Part shown: piece by piece, positions 26,732 through 28,800 of the stretch
Numbering within the stretch: the stretch's first letter is position 1
Layout of the letters: each line of letters begins with the position of its first letter
Source: a virus
Taxonomy: Duplodnaviria; Caudoviricetes
Length of the DNA: 28,800 nucleotides
Reading direction: 5' to 3' (one strand)
Virus record (IMG/VR): IMGVR_UViG_3300032285_003982
Coordinates: 1 to 28,800 of that record
Made by a program: the position numbers and the translations under genes
Notes under the pieces: generated by a model
What the model saw: only the letters and a program-made list of their open reading frames with translations
Told to the model about the DNA's origin: nothing
Databases searched by the model: none

Positions 26732-26760
26732 GTGTAATTCCTTATAGCAAAGGAATAAGG
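26732..26760 (+). promoter_or_regulatory. GTGTAA element overlapping an RBS-occluding hairpin (TMP)
   Basis: GTGTAA at 26732-26737. ATTCCTT (26737-26743) pairs with AAGGAAT (26750-26756). Confidence 0.55.
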
Positions 26761-26761
26761 C

Positions 26762-28800
26762 ATGGCTAGGACTTCAGCTTCAATTTCAGTAGGAGCAGAT
26801 ACAAGGCAACTCGAAAGAGATATTCAGAGCGCCTTGGCGCGTGATTTTAAATTCAAAGGATTAAATGAAAAAGCCTTTACTCAGCCACTTGGACGTATTA
26901 CTGGCGCAGCAAATGAATTTCAAAAATCTTTAGATGCATCTAATGCTCGTGTTATCGCATTCGGTGCTAGTGCAGGTTTAATATATACTGTAGAAAAAGC
27001 TTTTACATCTTTAATTAAAAGTACAATAGATGTTCAAAAATCTCTAACAGATATTAATGTTATATTAAATGTTAGTACCAATACATTAAATCAATTTGGA
27101 AGTAGCTTATTTGATATTGCTAAAAATACAGGTCAAACTTTTGATGTTGTTGCTCAAGCTGCTACAGAACTTTCTCGTCAAGGCTTAGGTTTAGAAGAAA
27201 CATTAAAAAGAACAAGAGATGCTCTTATTCTAACTCGTCTTAGTGGACTTGATACAGTCAGTGCAGTAGAAGCCTTAACAGCAACAATTAATAGTTTTAA
27301 TAAAGCTGGATTAGATTCTACAACTATTATTAATAAATTAGCAAATGTTGACGCTGCATTTGCAGTAAGTAGTGCTGATCTTGCAGAAGCTATTAAACGA
27401 GTAGGATCATCTGCAGCTGACGCAGGAGTTGATTTTGATCAATTATTAGCAATCGTAACAAGTGTTCAGCAAACTACTGCTAGAGGTGGTGCAGTAATTG
27501 GTAACTCCTTGAAAACTATTTTTACTAGAATTCAAAGAACAGAAACTCTTGATCAATTAGAGCAATTAGGAATTCAAGTAAGAACTCTAGAAGGCGATAC
27601 ATTACCAGCAATTCAAGTATTGTCTAATCTTTCTAATACATTTAATACTTTAGCAGATTCACAAAAAGCTCAAGTAGGAGAATTAGTTGGTGGCGTTTTC
27701 CAAATTAATATTTTAAAAGCTGCTTTAGGAGATTTACAAAAAGAATACTCTACATATAATAATGCACTTAAAGTTGCATCAAGTGCCACAAATGAAGCTA
27801 TCACAAGAAATGAAGCATTAAATCAAACATTATCTGCATTGATCAACAAAACATTTGTTAATTTAAGTAAAGTAGGAGCAGATATTGGTAAAATATCTTT
27901 TGGTCCAACAATAGAAAATTTACTTAATTTATTAAATAAAGGACTAGAAAGTATTGATATTGATGGAAAAGGAATAGGCAGTAAAATAGGAAAAGGTATA
28001 TTAGAAGGAATTGGAAGTTTTATAAGTGGTCCTGGAGTTATTTTATTAACAGCTGTTGTTACAAAATTAGTTTTTAATTTAGGAAAATTTGCAGCTCAAT
28101 CTTTACAAACAATTTTAAATTTAAATACAAAATCCGAAGAAAGAGCAGCAATTCAAGCAAAAATAAATCAAGTCTTGTCTCAAGAAACTGCGCTTGTCCA
28201 ATCAGTTTACAATAAAGAAATAAGTGTTTTAGATGTAGAAACTAAAATATTAAATATTATTAGACAACAAACAATAGAAAGAGAAAGAGCAGCTGCACTA
28301 TCATCTACATTAACTGGCGGATTAATTGGTAAAGGAGTTTCTGCTAAAGGTGGAACATTAAAAGCTAAGAGCGGAGGATTTATTCCTAATTTTGCTAGTT
28401 CAGAAATTTTAGGAGCATTAGCTGGTGGATATTCTCCTGGATATGTTCGCAAAATGAATATTCCTGGAGAAGGTTCTGTAACTTATAATTCAGCAGAAAA
28501 AGTTAAAAAATTTCCTGGAATGAGTCAACCAGCAATTATGCCTCCAATGGGAAGTCGTGCTGGAAAAAATTATCAAAGTCAATTTAATTCAGTATATGGA
28601 TTTAATCCATATGCAAGTGGTGGATTCATTCCAAATTTTGCAAAAATTCCAGCTGAAATGACTTTAGAACAAGCTGTAAAAGGAAATTATAGTAGATCAG
28701 TTTTATCTAGTAAATTTGGTGCGAAAGCTGTAGAAAAAGTTCTTGGTCCATCAAGAGTAGTTGGTACTAGAGCAGGAGAAAGAAATTTAGGATTTACATC
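26762..28800 (+). CDS. Tail tape measure protein, TP901-family core (3'-truncated; absent from ORF track)
   Basis: The frame from ATG 26762 appears open to the window end: MARTSASISVGADTRQLE...FDIAKNTGQTFDVVAQAATELSRQGL...INKLANVDAAFAVSSADLAEAIKRVGS...ARGGAVIGNSLKTIFTRIQ...LEQLGI. These are classic TP901 TMP motifs. Confidence 0.9.
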   Translation, partial: MARTSASISVGADTRQLERDIQSALARDFKFKGLNEKAFTQPLGRITGAANEFQKSLDASNARVIAFGASAGLIYTVEKAFTSLIKSTIDVQKSLTDINVILNVSTNTLNQFGSSLFDIAKNTGQTFDVVAQAATELSRQGLGLEETLKRTRDALILTRLSGLDTVSAVEALTATINSFNKAGLDSTTIINKLANVDAAFAVSSADLAEAIKRVGSSAADAGVDFDQLLAIVTSVQQTTARGGAVIGNSLKTIFTRIQRTETLDQLEQLGIQVRTLEGDTLPAIQVLSNLSNTFNTLADSQKAQVGELVGGVFQINILKAALGDLQKEYSTYNNALKVASSATNEAITRNEALNQTLSALINKTFVNLSKVGADIGKISFGPTIENLLNLLNKGLESIDIDGKGIGSKIGKGILEGIGSFISGPGVILLTAVVTKLVFNLGKFAAQSLQTILNLNTKSEERAAIQAKINQVLSQETALVQSVYNKEISVLDVETKILNIIRQQTIERERAAALSSTLTGGLIGKGVSAKGGTLKAKSGGFIPNFASSEILGALAGGYSPGYVRKMNIPGEGSVTYNSAEKVKKFPGMSQPAIMPPMGSRAGKNYQSQFNSVYGFNPYASGGFIPNFAKIPAEMTLEQAVKGNYSRSVLSSKFGAKAVEKVLGPSRVVGTRAGERNLGFT

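Noticed and set aside
28207-28452. Minus-strand 81-aa ORF
   Set aside because: Antisense to the tape measure ORF, which the track missed because it has no stop in the window.
1-28800. Stop-codon reassignment, tRNAs, introns/inteins, tail sheath
   Set aside because: The standard code gives near-complete coding density with intact genes; intergenic gaps are too short for RNA genes; no intein/homing endonuclease motifs or sheath-like gene were recognised.

Overview
This window is an AT-rich (roughly 30% GC by eye), gene-dense, all plus-strand virion morphogenesis region of a tailed dsDNA bacteriophage (Caudoviricetes). It is probably a siphovirus morphotype: it has a tail tube and a TP901-type tape measure, and no sheath gene is recognisable. 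Gene order: C-terminus of large terminase, portal, tail-tube paralog, fiber-like protein, lysis/lipoprotein cassette with a pesticin-like muramidase, DUF5824-like basic/acidic protein, prohead protease-scaffold, decoration protein, major capsid protein, small HeH-like protein, two large fiber/spike proteins, four head-tail joining genes, tail tube, two small genes, two probable tail assembly chaperones, and the tape measure protein (26762 to the window end, absent from the ORF track). The lipoboxes and spanin-like pair point to a diderm host. The most notable non-coding signal is a recurring GTGTAA motif in front of most transcription units, probably a phage late promoter. It sits 6-8 nt before SD-less ATGs in four genes (leaderless mRNAs), is coupled to RBS-occluding hairpins in two, and to mini-ORFs in two. 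Other points of interest: a second tail-tube paralog, recurring herpes-assemblin-like Ala/Ser sites in head proteins, and a recombining modular fiber gene. All product calls come from motif recognition and synteny; no database search was run.
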